From Gammaproteobacteria bacterium (GTDB lineage: Bacteria; Pseudomonadota; Gammaproteobacteria; Eutrophobiales; Eutrophobiaceae): a DNA stretch of 64,000 bases. This document shows, piece by piece, positions 35,726-44,828 of this stretch (within the stretch, counting starts at the first letter, position 1; each line of letters starts with the position of its first letter). Both the position numbers and the translations under genes were made by a program. Below the pieces are notes generated by a model, which saw nothing but the letters and a program-made list of their open reading frames with translations, did no database searches and had not been told where the DNA came from. The stretch lies in NCBI GenBank assembly GCA_012103475.1, contig WLWS01000003.1, positions 399,565-463,564 of the forward strand, in the 5' to 3' direction.

Positions 35726-36451
35726 TTACTCATATTCTTCAGTCAGATTATTTTCCGCACAAATGGCCTCTTCGAGTTCCCAATCCGGGCGGCGTTCATA
35801 GCGAGAAGTCGTGGTCCAGGGTTTGGCAAAGTTTTTCGGATCGGTGATTGTACGTTGATTCACCATAACCTTGCTGTTGTCTTCAAGATGCAGTCTTTCG
35901 ACAACGTGCATCTTCGGGCCAGGGAAGACAGATTCGTTATTGGGGCGATTACCATACAGATTCGATTTATCCAGAAAACCGATTGATTCGACTACCAGAG
36001 TGTCTCCCTCCCAGTGACCAACAGAGTGACCGAAAGCAGCCGGTCGAACCTCGTTCAAATCTACAGGTGATCGTCCGTCCAGCCATATCCAGCGGATGCC
36101 GCCAATCGACTCCATAATCCAGGTGATTTTCTTTTTATCAACGAGTAATTCCTGTGCACCAATCGTGATCATGGTTGGTAGAGAAGGCGGGATGCAGTTG
36201 GCAGAATTGTCTCCGCTGTAATCGCCTTTATCTCTGAGTTCGGTTTGCTTGTCGATAAAGATCTGGGCTTCGGGTGTAAACACAGGATCATTTTTGAATT
36301 TTCTGAAATTACCCATGTGCTCCCAGACCCCGGCAAAATCGGCACCGGGTAAATCATGGGCAAAAACAAGTTCAGTGGCGAAAAGACCTGCAATAATTAC
36401 AGAAGTGGTGATGAGCTTGTAAAGTGATCTAAAGATCATCATGGAATTCAT
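35726..36451 (-). CDS. secreted protein of unknown function (partner of the DUF6152-like gene)
   Basis: Start taken at the ATG at 36451 (MNSMMIFRSLYKLITTSVIIAGLFATELVFA|HD, a good signal peptide). The longer ORF to 36523 overlaps the upstream gene. I recognise no catalytic motif. Confidence 0.5.
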   Translation of the reverse strand: MNSMMIFRSLYKLITTSVIIAGLFATELVFAHDLPGADFAGVWEHMGNFRKFKNDPVFTPEAQIFIDKQTELRDKGDYSGDNSANCIPPSLPTMITIGAQELLVDKKKITWIMESIGGIRWIWLDGRSPVDLNEVRPAAFGHSVGHWEGDTLVVESIGFLDKSNLYGNRPNNESVFPGPKMHVVERLHLEDNSKVMVNQRTITDPKNFAKPWTTTSRYERRPDWELEEAICAENNLTEEYE

Positions 36452-36860
36452 CCTTGTTACTCGCATCAGGTAGAGGTCTGCCGAGTCTGGTTCCGTCGGC
36501 CGTGATCGCGCGGATAAAGCCACCTTTTGGCAGCCCCGACTTGGCCGGGTAGAAGGTGATAGTTACTTCATCACCTGGCTTGAAACTGCTACGTTTCCAG
36601 CCCTTGCGTTTGAGAGCGTTGGGATTGAGCGCCTCGATTTTCCAGATTTTCGCTTCGCCTTTATCATCGACAACCTCGAAATGTACCCATACATGAGGGT
36701 TTGAAAACTGGTATTTGGTCACTTTACCTGCAAGCGTCATTTCACTATTTAGATCAAACATAGCGGCAGAATGATGTGCAGACAGAGAACTGAAAATGAA
36801 ACAGGACGCCAGGATAAAATGAAACTGGAAAAATTTTGTTTTGATTAATTTAGACAGCAT
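36429..36860 (-). CDS. DUF6152-like small secreted protein
   Basis: 143 aa. The signal peptide ends ...SSLSA|HHSAAMFD. It is followed by TLAGKVTKYQFSNPHVWVHFEV...WKIEALNPNALKRKGW...GDEVTITFYPAKSG, the pattern I associate with DUF6152. Confidence 0.55.
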   Translation of the reverse strand: MLSKLIKTKFFQFHFILASCFIFSSLSAHHSAAMFDLNSEMTLAGKVTKYQFSNPHVWVHFEVVDDKGEAKIWKIEALNPNALKRKGWKRSSFKPGDEVTITFYPAKSGLPKGGFIRAITADGTRLGRPLPDASNKDEFHDDL

Positions 36861-36883
36861 GGATTTACCTCAAAAATTTATGT

Positions 36884-37927
36884 TCATATGTTTGGGAATA
36901 CTTCTTTTGCAAAACGGTTTAAGACATTGTGTGAGCCTTCTTCATCCTGAGAGGTGATAAACAGGGAAATCTCATTAATTCCAGCGGCCTTGAGTTCCTT
37001 TCCCTTCGCCACGCAATCTTCCGGTGTACCGGCAATACAGCATTTCATGGCCACCTCATCACTGACGATTTCCTGATGTTTGGCATTTAGATCGAGATGT
37101 TGATAAAACTGATAGGATTCAGTGACAGCCTTCACCACGTCTGCGTGTTCGACACCTAAAGTAGCGGGTAACCAGGGTTTATTGGCAATATTTCGGGCGG
37201 CTGTCGGTTTTACCTTGGCCAGTGCTTTTGCCCTGTTATCATCAATAGCCGCATCGATGGCGGCTATATATCGAAAATCTTCGCTCGGTATTGCCACGGA
37301 TTTTGCTCCTTCCTCTGCTGATTCGACAGTCTTCTCAACACCCTCGGCGTTGCCCCCCATGTGACCATCAACAATAACCCCATCGCATAACTCACCGGCG
37401 GTTCTGACTGAGCGAGGCCCCATACAGGCAAGTTGAATAGGTATTTCTCCCCATTGTTCAGCTCCGACGATACGGATTTTTGATTCACTGCCCCAGGTGT
37501 CCGGATCCTGGTCATGACCCCAGGCCAGAGCCTCGACTTCTTCGCCGGCAAGCAGAGTGCGCATGAATTCGATTCGCTCTCTTATCTGTGGCAGTTTGGC
37601 CGGGGACAGGCAAGCCGTTCGAACGGCCGAATCACCGGCACCAACGCCGAGCACCATACGACCTTTGCCAAGCATGTTGACGCTAACAGCTGCGTTGGCC
37701 GTGACGGCGGGGTGGCGGGTTACCATGTTGGTGACACCTGTTCCAAGTCTTATTCTGCTGGTTGCTGTGGCGCAGGCACCGAGCGCGACCCAGACATCGT
37801 TCCAGATCATTTGTGAATCACCAATATAAAAAGTTTCGAAATCACAGGCTTCAGCACTTTGCGCCAACCGGATAACCGGATCCAGATCGGTACCTGAGTG
37901 TGGCCACAACATACAGCTGAATTTCAT
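36884..37927 (-). CDS. LLM-class (luciferase-like / F420- or FMN-dependent) oxidoreductase
   Basis: 347 aa. MKFSCMLWP..., FETFYIGDSQMIWNDVW, RIRLGTGVTNMVTRHP and GRMVLGVGAGDS. Confidence 0.8.
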   Translation of the reverse strand: MKFSCMLWPHSGTDLDPVIRLAQSAEACDFETFYIGDSQMIWNDVWVALGACATATSRIRLGTGVTNMVTRHPAVTANAAVSVNMLGKGRMVLGVGAGDSAVRTACLSPAKLPQIRERIEFMRTLLAGEEVEALAWGHDQDPDTWGSESKIRIVGAEQWGEIPIQLACMGPRSVRTAGELCDGVIVDGHMGGNAEGVEKTVESAEEGAKSVAIPSEDFRYIAAIDAAIDDNRAKALAKVKPTAARNIANKPWLPATLGVEHADVVKAVTESYQFYQHLDLNAKHQEIVSDEVAMKCCIAGTPEDCVAKGKELKAAGINEISLFITSQDEEGSHNVLNRFAKEVFPNI

Positions 37928-37995
37928 AATGCTAATTTTCCCTTCAGGTTTATGGCCAATTTACCTAGCTATGCTCCGAAACTCAATTATTAAGG

Positions 37996-38361
37996 CTAGG
38001 GCCAGATCTGTGCTCCTTTCGGCCAGCTGTCTGTGTAAACAGGGACGACACAAAAGGCATGGCCTCCGGGTGCTTCCAGCACGGTCCAGTCTTCAATATC
38101 GTATTTTTTTCTGGCCCCCAGTTTTTCAAGCCGGGAAATTTCGGCTGCAACATCGTCCGTTTCAATATCAAGGTGCATGCCCTGATGGCCGCTTTTTACA
38201 TGCTGCAGATTGAACTCGGGATCGCCTTTCAGGGTGACGTACTTTCCGTCTGCATGAAAATCCGGGGTTCTACCCAGTGCTGCACCCCAAAATCGGGCTG
38301 AGGTTTCGAATTCGGATTCTGAATCAAAAAATATGGCGCATACCCGGCTTCGATGTGGCAT
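37996..38361 (-). CDS. VOC / glyoxalase-like domain protein
   Basis: 121 aa. ...FWGAALGRTP...GMHLDIETDDVAAEISRLEKLGA...LEAPGGHAFCVV fits the single-domain glyoxalase-like family. Confidence 0.6.
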   Translation of the reverse strand: MPHRSRVCAIFFDSESEFETSARFWGAALGRTPDFHADGKYVTLKGDPEFNLQHVKSGHQGMHLDIETDDVAAEISRLEKLGARKKYDIEDWTVLEAPGGHAFCVVPVYTDSWPKGAQIWP

Positions 38362-38364
38362 GAC

Positions 38365-39141
38365 CTATTCTCCGGTAAAAACAGCAGGTCTTTTTTCGAG
38401 AAAAGCGGTAATACCCTCCCGGCTATCGCGACTGTCGATGCAAAGATTTTGCAACGCGGCTTCGCTGTTAATTGCCGCGGCGTAATCAAGCTTATGTGCT
38501 TCCCGCATCAGCTTTTTTGTACGTGCCATTGCCAAAGGGGCTTTTTGTGCCAGCGCTGTGGCCCATTCCTGTGCTGTGGAAAGCAATACGTCATCAGCAG
38601 CAATTCTGTTAATAATTCCTAATTCTTTACACCTTTGAGCTGGCAATCTTTCGTTCTCAATAGCCAGTTCGTAAGCTTGTTTGTAGCCCATGCCGTTTGT
38701 CAGTAACCAGGTTGCTCCGCCATCCGGTACCAGACCAATACTACTGAAGGGAGATAACAAAAATGCACTTTCGGCCATGATACTTAAATCAGATATCATT
38801 GCGAAAGACAGGCCAATTCCGGCGGCGAAACCATTGATGGCGCTGATTACAGGTTTCTCCATCTCCGCAATATTCATCAGACTTGGTTTGTATTCATTAA
38901 CAAGCATGTGCTCAACTTCACTGCCTGTTTTAAACCCCGCCTTTAAATCAGCCCCCGCGCTGAAACAACGCCCGGCACCGGTCAGTACGACGGCGCGTAT
39001 TGCGCTATCATCTTTAGCCTCACTGGTGGCGCTTATAAGGTCGGCACGTAAGTCCGCATCAAAAGAATTAAGCGAGTCCGGACGGTTTAGTGTAATTGTA
39101 GCTACCGCATCTTTGCTGTCGTATAAAACTGTATTAGTCAT
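38365..39141 (-). CDS. enoyl-CoA hydratase/isomerase (crotonase) family protein
   Basis: 258 aa. ITLNRPDSLNSF, VVLTGAGRCFSAGADLK and PVISAINGFAAGIGLS. Confidence 0.88.
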   Translation of the reverse strand: MTNTVLYDSKDAVATITLNRPDSLNSFDADLRADLISATSEAKDDSAIRAVVLTGAGRCFSAGADLKAGFKTGSEVEHMLVNEYKPSLMNIAEMEKPVISAINGFAAGIGLSFAMISDLSIMAESAFLLSPFSSIGLVPDGGATWLLTNGMGYKQAYELAIENERLPAQRCKELGIINRIAADDVLLSTAQEWATALAQKAPLAMARTKKLMREAHKLDYAAAINSEAALQNLCIDSRDSREGITAFLEKRPAVFTGE

Positions 39142-39407
39142 TAGAAACGCCTCGATTTTTTCAGAGCGGGATTCTCACTGTCGAGTTCTGTCTGAATCTC
39201 CGCACAGCTTTTCTCATAAACAATTTCTCTGCCCATAACACTGCCAACATAGGCGCTCTGGGAACGGGTTGGCGTCATATCGCAGGACACACTGTGTACC
39301 CCTTCGCCGATAACGACCTGTATTCTATCGCTGCGTTTACTGAGTACGCTGACTTCCATCTCCTGTCCGCTTTCTGTGCTGGTGACCATGATTTTTTCAG
39401 TTTGCAT
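39141..39407 (-). CDS. hypothetical small protein
   Basis: 88-aa ORF whose stop overlaps the crotonase start (1 nt at 39141). No family recognised. Coding status rests on position and coupling only. Confidence 0.35.
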   Translation of the reverse strand: MQTEKIMVTSTESGQEMEVSVLSKRSDRIQVVIGEGVHSVSCDMTPTRSQSAYVGSVMGREIVYEKSCAEIQTELDSENPALKKSRRF

Positions 39408-39445
39408 CTGTCTAGAGTCCTCTGGTCGGTCTTATGTAAGTTACT

Positions 39446-40093
39446 TTAGTTTAACCTGAGATTGAAATGTTCGGGTGGATTTGTGCGCAAAATACGACTT
39501 ACTGCCAACATGGCAGCCACACTGAGAAATGCGGAAACTGCGAAAACAATAAATGCGAGATCATAGCTTCCGGTTCTCTCCAATAGATAGCCTCCAAGAT
39601 ACGTAGGAATGACGGAGCCAGCATAGCCAAAGGTGAAAATCAGACCCAGAGCTTTGCCTGTGCTATGAGAGGGTACTATCAGTGAAGCCAGGCTCATAAT
39701 ACTGACCACAATTTGAGTGTGCCCCCAGGTAATTAATGTGATGATACATACTGTCTGCCAGACTGGCATTTTTCCTGAGGAAATCAGCAGCAATATACCG
39801 CTTCCTGCTATTAGTCCGCCTGAAAGCGACAACCACAGTACACGCTTGAGGCTGGAGCACAAATAACCACAGACAATTGATGCCGGGATTGCGGCAATTC
39901 CGAACATGGTAGCGCTGGTCCCGATTTCGGCCGGAGAATACTGAAAGGATTCAGCCAGAAATGCCGGTACCCAGGTCAAGACACCATATAATTCGACGAA
40001 TATAATAAAAGTGGCAAGCGCGAGCAGCAGCAGCGATGAATTTTTAAGTAGACCGATAAGTGATATCGCATCGCTTGAATGCTCTGTTACCGC
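39446..40093 (-). pseudogene. MFS transporter, C-terminal half (fragment 2 of 2)
   Basis: The 114 nt between the TAA and the TTG at 39979 are in the same frame with no stop. They read AVTEHSSDAISLIGLLKNSSLLLLALATFIIFVELYGV, continuing into LTWVPAFLAESF.... That is the normal central loop and TM7 of one roughly 400-aa MFS protein. Confidence 0.7.
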
Positions 40094-40651
40094 TTATTGA
40101 AATCGGGAAGGCGGGTTTTTAAGCAAAGGAAGAGAGAAAAACAAGAGTGCCAGAAACAACAATGAGTAAGCGCGAGCAGTCCATCGCCAGCCGAGAGCAT
40201 CAGCAAGAATGGGGGTGACAAACATCGCCAGCGCAATTCCAAGGTTTAGCGAACCATTGATATAGCCGATCCCCCGACCAACTTTCTCGGGAGGTAAATA
40301 TTTTGGAATTGCATCGATGGCCGCTATAAAAATCACCGCTATCGCCGTGGAAACGAGAATACGCATAAGCAGTAGATAATAATAATTATTGCTGAATGTG
40401 CCGAGCATGCCAAGGGCAAACACAGAAAACAGACAGATAGCTATTACCTTTACAGCGCCCCAACGGTCAGTAATCGAACCCGCGGGAAGACTGGCAAAGC
40501 ATCGGATAAGTGTATAGGCAGTCATGAATATTCCCGCCTGAGCGTAAGTGATATTGAGTTCAGTCACATAGAGAGGGATCATGGAAGGCGTTTCGAAAAC
40601 CTTCACAAAGGCCAGAAAAATTGCCGCATTGACGAACAAAATAAGCTTCAT
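40094..40651 (-). pseudogene. MFS transporter, N-terminal six-helix half (fragment 1 of 2, ends at an in-frame TAA)
   Basis: 185 aa. MFS motif SITDRWGAVKV and hydrophobic helices. Ends ...LKNPPSRFQ followed by TAA at 40096-40094. Confidence 0.7.
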
Positions 40652-40671
40652 ATCAAAGCTCTTTCAAGGTG

Positions 40672-41157
40672 TCACTTATTTTGTAGAAAACGGTACGCAC
40701 CACCATGATAGATGAGAGGATCAGCGTCATTAAAACTTTCAATTATTTCGACCCGACCTAATAAAATACTATGGTCGCCCCCAGAATATATTTGCTCGGT
40801 TTTGCATTGCAGGCAGACCGCACAATCCTGCAAAACAGGTGAACCTGAGTCTCCTGTTTTCCAGTCGATATCGGCAAATTTGTCACCGTTATTTTCCGCG
40901 AAATTTCGTGAGGTAGCTTCCTGAGATTTATGTAGCACATGGATAGCAAAGCTATCGCAATTGGCAAACTCATCGTAGCAATTTGCATTCAGATCAAGGC
41001 ACCACAAAACCAGAGGAGGCTCGAGTGAGACAGAGGTGAAACTATTCACTGTGACGCCAAGAGGCGTATTATTTTTACCAGTGGTGGTCACGACGGTGAT
41101 ACCCGTGGCAAATTTTCCAAGGGCCTGGCGGAATTCGGCTTGATCGAAGCGTTTCAT
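40672..41157 (-). CDS. flavin reductase family protein (HpaC/NADH:FMN oxidoreductase type)
   Basis: 161 aa. FRQALGKFATGITVVTT, NSFTSVSLEPPLVLWCL and GDHSILLGRV. Confidence 0.85.
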   Translation of the reverse strand: MKRFDQAEFRQALGKFATGITVVTTTGKNNTPLGVTVNSFTSVSLEPPLVLWCLDLNANCYDEFANCDSFAIHVLHKSQEATSRNFAENNGDKFADIDWKTGDSGSPVLQDCAVCLQCKTEQIYSGGDHSILLGRVEIIESFNDADPLIYHGGAYRFLQNK

Positions 41158-41288
41158 AGCTACCTTATAGTTCGGTCGTAATTTACTCTGTGGCTCCGAC
41201 CAATATTGTTCTGTTACTTACTTTACCGGCAATGATAACAAGATTTGACGCTGACTGTATACGTGTCAGATACAGTGTCTTTCAAAAA

Positions 41289-42074
41289 CTATAAATCGAT
41301 TTCATCATCGTAAACTTCATCGGGCAAGGGTAAGCCAGCGAGTTCCCGGTCGCCAAGTGGTTCATCGACCTCGATTTTGTGTTTATCAAGTAATTCCATA
41401 AGCTGACGCACGTGTTGAGCCGTATGCCAGGCTGTACGTTCCAGAACACTGTGAGTGCTGTGTTGGCCATAATAAGTCAGTACCGAATCCGGCATAGTCG
41501 TTTGAGTCGTTGATACCTGCCAGCTTTCCAGCTTTTTTCGTATTTCATCGCCATACGAAATCAGGCCCGATATTGTTGAAATAGATTTCGGTGGACGACG
41601 TTCAAAATAAGCATAGCTCAATTCCTGACCGGAAACGGCGTCAAGAAAGGCAAGCGGGATGACGAATATATGATAAGCAAGATCGGAATAATTGCGATCT
41701 CGACCCGGAAGCGAATTACTCATTAACTCGTCCGGCATCTGCCTGAGATAACGTTGGGCCGCAAGCAATAATAAATCCAGTTTCTCCAGCAATACTTCAA
41801 AGGTCAGGACCTGTCTTGTCTGCGGAATTCCAAGGAAATCGGCTAGGACATCTATATCCTGAGCGTAGACAAATTCTTCACCGCGTGTGACGACGGGAAT
41901 TGACCTTGCACCAAGCCTGCTCAGATTATCAAACGCGTCGTTATCTTCCTGAACATTAATCGAGTTGTATTGAATACCGTGCTTTGTTAGGAACTCCTTG
42001 GTGCGCAGACAGCTACTGCAGCCGGGTTGCCAGTAGACAGAATAGTCATAGCTTGATTGGGATTGCGTCGTCAT
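41289..42074 (-). CDS. glutaredoxin-like domain fused to a DinB-like helical-bundle domain
   Basis: 261 aa. N-terminal VYWQPGCSSCLRTKEFLTKHGIQYNSINV...IPVVTRGEEF is a thioredoxin-fold CxxC. The C-terminal ~170 aa has spaced His residues (AYHIFVIP..., TAWHTAQHVRQL) like DinB/YfiT-type domains. Confidence 0.6.
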   Translation of the reverse strand: MTTQSQSSYDYSVYWQPGCSSCLRTKEFLTKHGIQYNSINVQEDNDAFDNLSRLGARSIPVVTRGEEFVYAQDIDVLADFLGIPQTRQVLTFEVLLEKLDLLLLAAQRYLRQMPDELMSNSLPGRDRNYSDLAYHIFVIPLAFLDAVSGQELSYAYFERRPPKSISTISGLISYGDEIRKKLESWQVSTTQTTMPDSVLTYYGQHSTHSVLERTAWHTAQHVRQLMELLDKHKIEVDEPLGDRELAGLPLPDEVYDDEIDL

Positions 42075-42188
42075 TCGACGATTATAGTATCAGTACAGAA
42101 TGAATCATATGACTGCATAATCCTGTGCCGATAGTTTTTGATACACACAATCTGTAAGATAAAAGCTGAGCAGAAAACAAGAGCCCTA

Positions 42189-43109
42189 ATGCATACACCA
42201 GATAATAATGACTACCCGCGTGACATGACTGGTTACGCGGATAATCCGCCAGATCCGAATTGGCCTGATAAAGCACGTCTCGCATTGCAGTTTGTCCTGA
42301 ATTACGAAGAGGGCGGTGAAAATTGTGTTTTACATGGTGACGCCGGCTCGGAAACCTTTCTCTCTGAAATAATCGGTGCACAGTCATTCCCGATGCGACA
42401 TATGAGTATGGAGAGCATGTACGAATACGGCAGTCGCGCTGGTATCTGGCGCATATTGAAATTGTTTCGCGAACGCGACTTACCGCTGACAATATTCGCG
42501 GTAGCTATGGCATTGCAAAGAAACCCGTACGTAAGGCAGGCCTTCATAAAAGATGGACATGAAATTGCCAGTCACGGTTTGCGCTGGATTAGTTACCAGG
42601 AAATCGATGAAGTAACTGAACGCGAGCATATGCAGCAGGCGGTTGAGATACATAAAAAATTAACGGGTGTGGCACCTTTAGGATGGTACACCGGTCGTGA
42701 TAGTCCCAATACACGGAAACTGGTGGTTGAACATGGTGGCTTTCTTTACGATGCCGACTCATACGCTGATGATTTACCCTACTGGACTTTTGTTGAAGGC
42801 AGGGAGCATCTGGTGGTTCCTTATACATTAGACTGCAATGATATGCGTTTCGCGACCAATCAGGGTTTCAACTGCGGCGAGCAATTTTTTACTTATCTGA
42901 AAGATGCCTTTGACCTTCTCTATAAAGAAGGAGACAGCGCAGCGAAAATGATGTCTGTGGGCCTACACTGCCGGATAATTGGTCATCCCGGCCGGTTTAT
43001 GGCTTTGCAACGTTTTCTTGATTATGTCCAGCAGCATGACGATGTGTGGATATGTCGGCGCGTAGACATTGCCAGACATTGGCACGAACAACATCCCTAT
43101 GCAGGATAA
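42189..43109 (+). CDS. puuE: allantoinase PuuE (polysaccharide-deacetylase fold, metal-independent)
   Basis: Start at the ATG at 42189 (MHTPDNNDYPRDMTGYADNPPDPNWP...). LALQFVLNYEEGGENCVLHGD, HMSMESMYEYGSRAGIWR, HEIASHGLRW, GWYTGRDSPNTRKLV and YDADSYADDLPYW match PuuE closely. Confidence 0.88.
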   Translation: MHTPDNNDYPRDMTGYADNPPDPNWPDKARLALQFVLNYEEGGENCVLHGDAGSETFLSEIIGAQSFPMRHMSMESMYEYGSRAGIWRILKLFRERDLPLTIFAVAMALQRNPYVRQAFIKDGHEIASHGLRWISYQEIDEVTEREHMQQAVEIHKKLTGVAPLGWYTGRDSPNTRKLVVEHGGFLYDADSYADDLPYWTFVEGREHLVVPYTLDCNDMRFATNQGFNCGEQFFTYLKDAFDLLYKEGDSAAKMMSVGLHCRIIGHPGRFMALQRFLDYVQQHDDVWICRRVDIARHWHEQHPYAG

Positions 43110-43138
43110 TTCGCCAGCTACTTTTTGCCGCTAATTTA

Positions 43139-44299
43139 ATGAATAAGTCTGAAAGAAAACGCGCGCTGGCGGCGATTTTCGCCTGTGTGACTATTTATGG
43201 CTTAACACTTGGACTCATTCGCCCGCTTGTAGCGCTGATTCTTGAATCACGCGGAACAGAAAAGTCACTGATTGGTTTGAATGCAACCATGCCTGCCTTT
43301 GGCATGTTAATTATTGCACCTCTTATACCCCTGCTAATCAGAAAAATGGGAATCAGAAACTTCCTGTTGTCCTGTCTGACTCTGGATGTTTGTATGATCC
43401 TGTTCTATCCGTTATTCGATCATCTCTATGCCTGGATGATTATCGGCCTAATCGCGGGGGCCGCGACCAATGCGCTTCTGGTAGCGAGTGAAACCTGGAT
43501 AAATGAGATTGCTGTAGATGCTACCAGAGGACGGGTGATGGCTACTTACAATGCATTGTTTATATTCTCCATGGCACTCGGTCCGCTTGTTATCCCATTA
43601 GCCGGTATTGAAGGTTGGGCACCGTTTTTAATCGGCTCATTTTTTGTCGCTATGGCTTCGATACCGCTTTTCTGGGTAGGATCGACAAATATGACACTGC
43701 AGGGTAAATCATCATTTAATCTCGTTTCCTTTGTACTTGTTGCGCCGGTGATTTGTATGGCGATAATTCTATTTGCCTGGAAGGAGTTTGCCGGTAGTTC
43801 TCTTTTGCCGGTATACGGCGTTGGCAATGGATTGAGCCAGTCTGAGGCTGCTATCATGTTAACAGCGCTCGGTGTTGGGGGTCTAATTCTGACATTTCCC
43901 TTCGGCTGGCTGGCCGATCATATGGATCGTTATAAATTATTGTTGCTCTGCGGTGTCGGTATTTTAATTGGTGCTATTGCCTTGCCGGTTGTTATCGACA
44001 AAGGAGCCGCGCTCTGGATAATGTTGTTTTTCTGGGGTGGATTGTTCGCTGGCTTATATACTGTGATTATGACTATTGTCGGACAGCGTTTTCGCGGGAT
44101 GGAACTGGTAGTTGCGAATATTTCTATAGGTATTCTCTGGGGTCTGGGTAGCCTTACAGGCCCTTCACTCACCGGGCTTGCCATGGATATCTGGGACCCG
44201 CATGGATTCGTTGTGGTTTTCGTCCTCGCCAGTCTGGTGTTTGTATTGTTTTCGTGGATACGTTGGCTGCGTGCTGAAGACAAGGCGGCCGTTCTTTAA
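43139..44299 (+). CDS. MFS transporter
   Basis: Start taken at the ATG at 43139 (MNKSERKRALAAIF...). About 12 hydrophobic helices. Sits between puuE and uraD. Confidence 0.8.
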   Translation: MNKSERKRALAAIFACVTIYGLTLGLIRPLVALILESRGTEKSLIGLNATMPAFGMLIIAPLIPLLIRKMGIRNFLLSCLTLDVCMILFYPLFDHLYAWMIIGLIAGAATNALLVASETWINEIAVDATRGRVMATYNALFIFSMALGPLVIPLAGIEGWAPFLIGSFFVAMASIPLFWVGSTNMTLQGKSSFNLVSFVLVAPVICMAIILFAWKEFAGSSLLPVYGVGNGLSQSEAAIMLTALGVGGLILTFPFGWLADHMDRYKLLLLCGVGILIGAIALPVVIDKGAALWIMLFFWGGLFAGLYTVIMTIVGQRFRGMELVVANISIGILWGLGSLTGPSLTGLAMDIWDPHGFVVVFVLASLVFVLFSWIRWLRAEDKAAVL

Positions 44300-44318
44300 A
44301 AATTCTGGTTTTTATATT

Positions 44319-44828
44319 ATGACAAATCCTTACAACATTACTGAGATCAACAAAATGAACCGGGAAGCTTTTGTCTCTGAATTCGGCGCTGTTTTTGAAA
44401 ATTCGCCCTGGGCAGCCGATCTTGCCTTCGAAAGTGCGCCGTTTGATTCACCAGATTCCTTGTGTGCAACACTTTGTCAGGTTGTCGAAGACGCCAATGA
44501 GAATTTAAAACTGGAACTCTTGCGTGCTCATCCTGAGCTTGGCACAAATAAACTTATGACAGAGGCCTCTGCGCGAGAACAAAGGGGTGCCGGAATTCAG
44601 TATAGCGGGGATGAGGGGGCGGATTTACTGCGAGAATTGAACGCTGAATATCGAAACAAAAACGGTTTTCCTTTTATTATTGCTGTTAAAGGTCTGACAA
44701 AGGACAAGATTATTGAAGCCCTGAATGAGCGTTTGCAACATAACAGGGATACAGAGTTTGACTGCGCTATAGCTGAAGTAATGAAAATAGGTCGTTTTCG
44801 TCTTCAGGATATTTTTCAGCCCGAGTAG
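44319..44828 (+). CDS. uraD: 2-oxo-4-hydroxy-4-carboxy-5-ureidoimidazoline (OHCU) decarboxylase
   Basis: Start at the ATG at 44319 (MTNPYNITEINKMNREAFVSEFGAVFENSPW...). LLRAHPELG, EQRGAG, YRNKNGFPFIIAVKG and RFRLQDIF are UraD blocks. Confidence 0.85.
   Translation: MTNPYNITEINKMNREAFVSEFGAVFENSPWAADLAFESAPFDSPDSLCATLCQVVEDANENLKLELLRAHPELGTNKLMTEASAREQRGAGIQYSGDEGADLLRELNAEYRNKNGFPFIIAVKGLTKDKIIEALNERLQHNRDTEFDCAIAEVMKIGRFRLQDIFQPE

Noticed and set aside
2113-39238. Other sizeable antisense or overlapping ORFs in the catabolic region (2113-2727, 8230-8742, 20175-20672, 21845-22306, 23751-24302, 27994-28446, 33305-33769, 35561-35986, 38690-39238, 42082-42492)
   Set aside because: Each is fully embedded opposite a gene with strong family motifs. 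None has a motif, a signal peptide or a sensible start context of its own.
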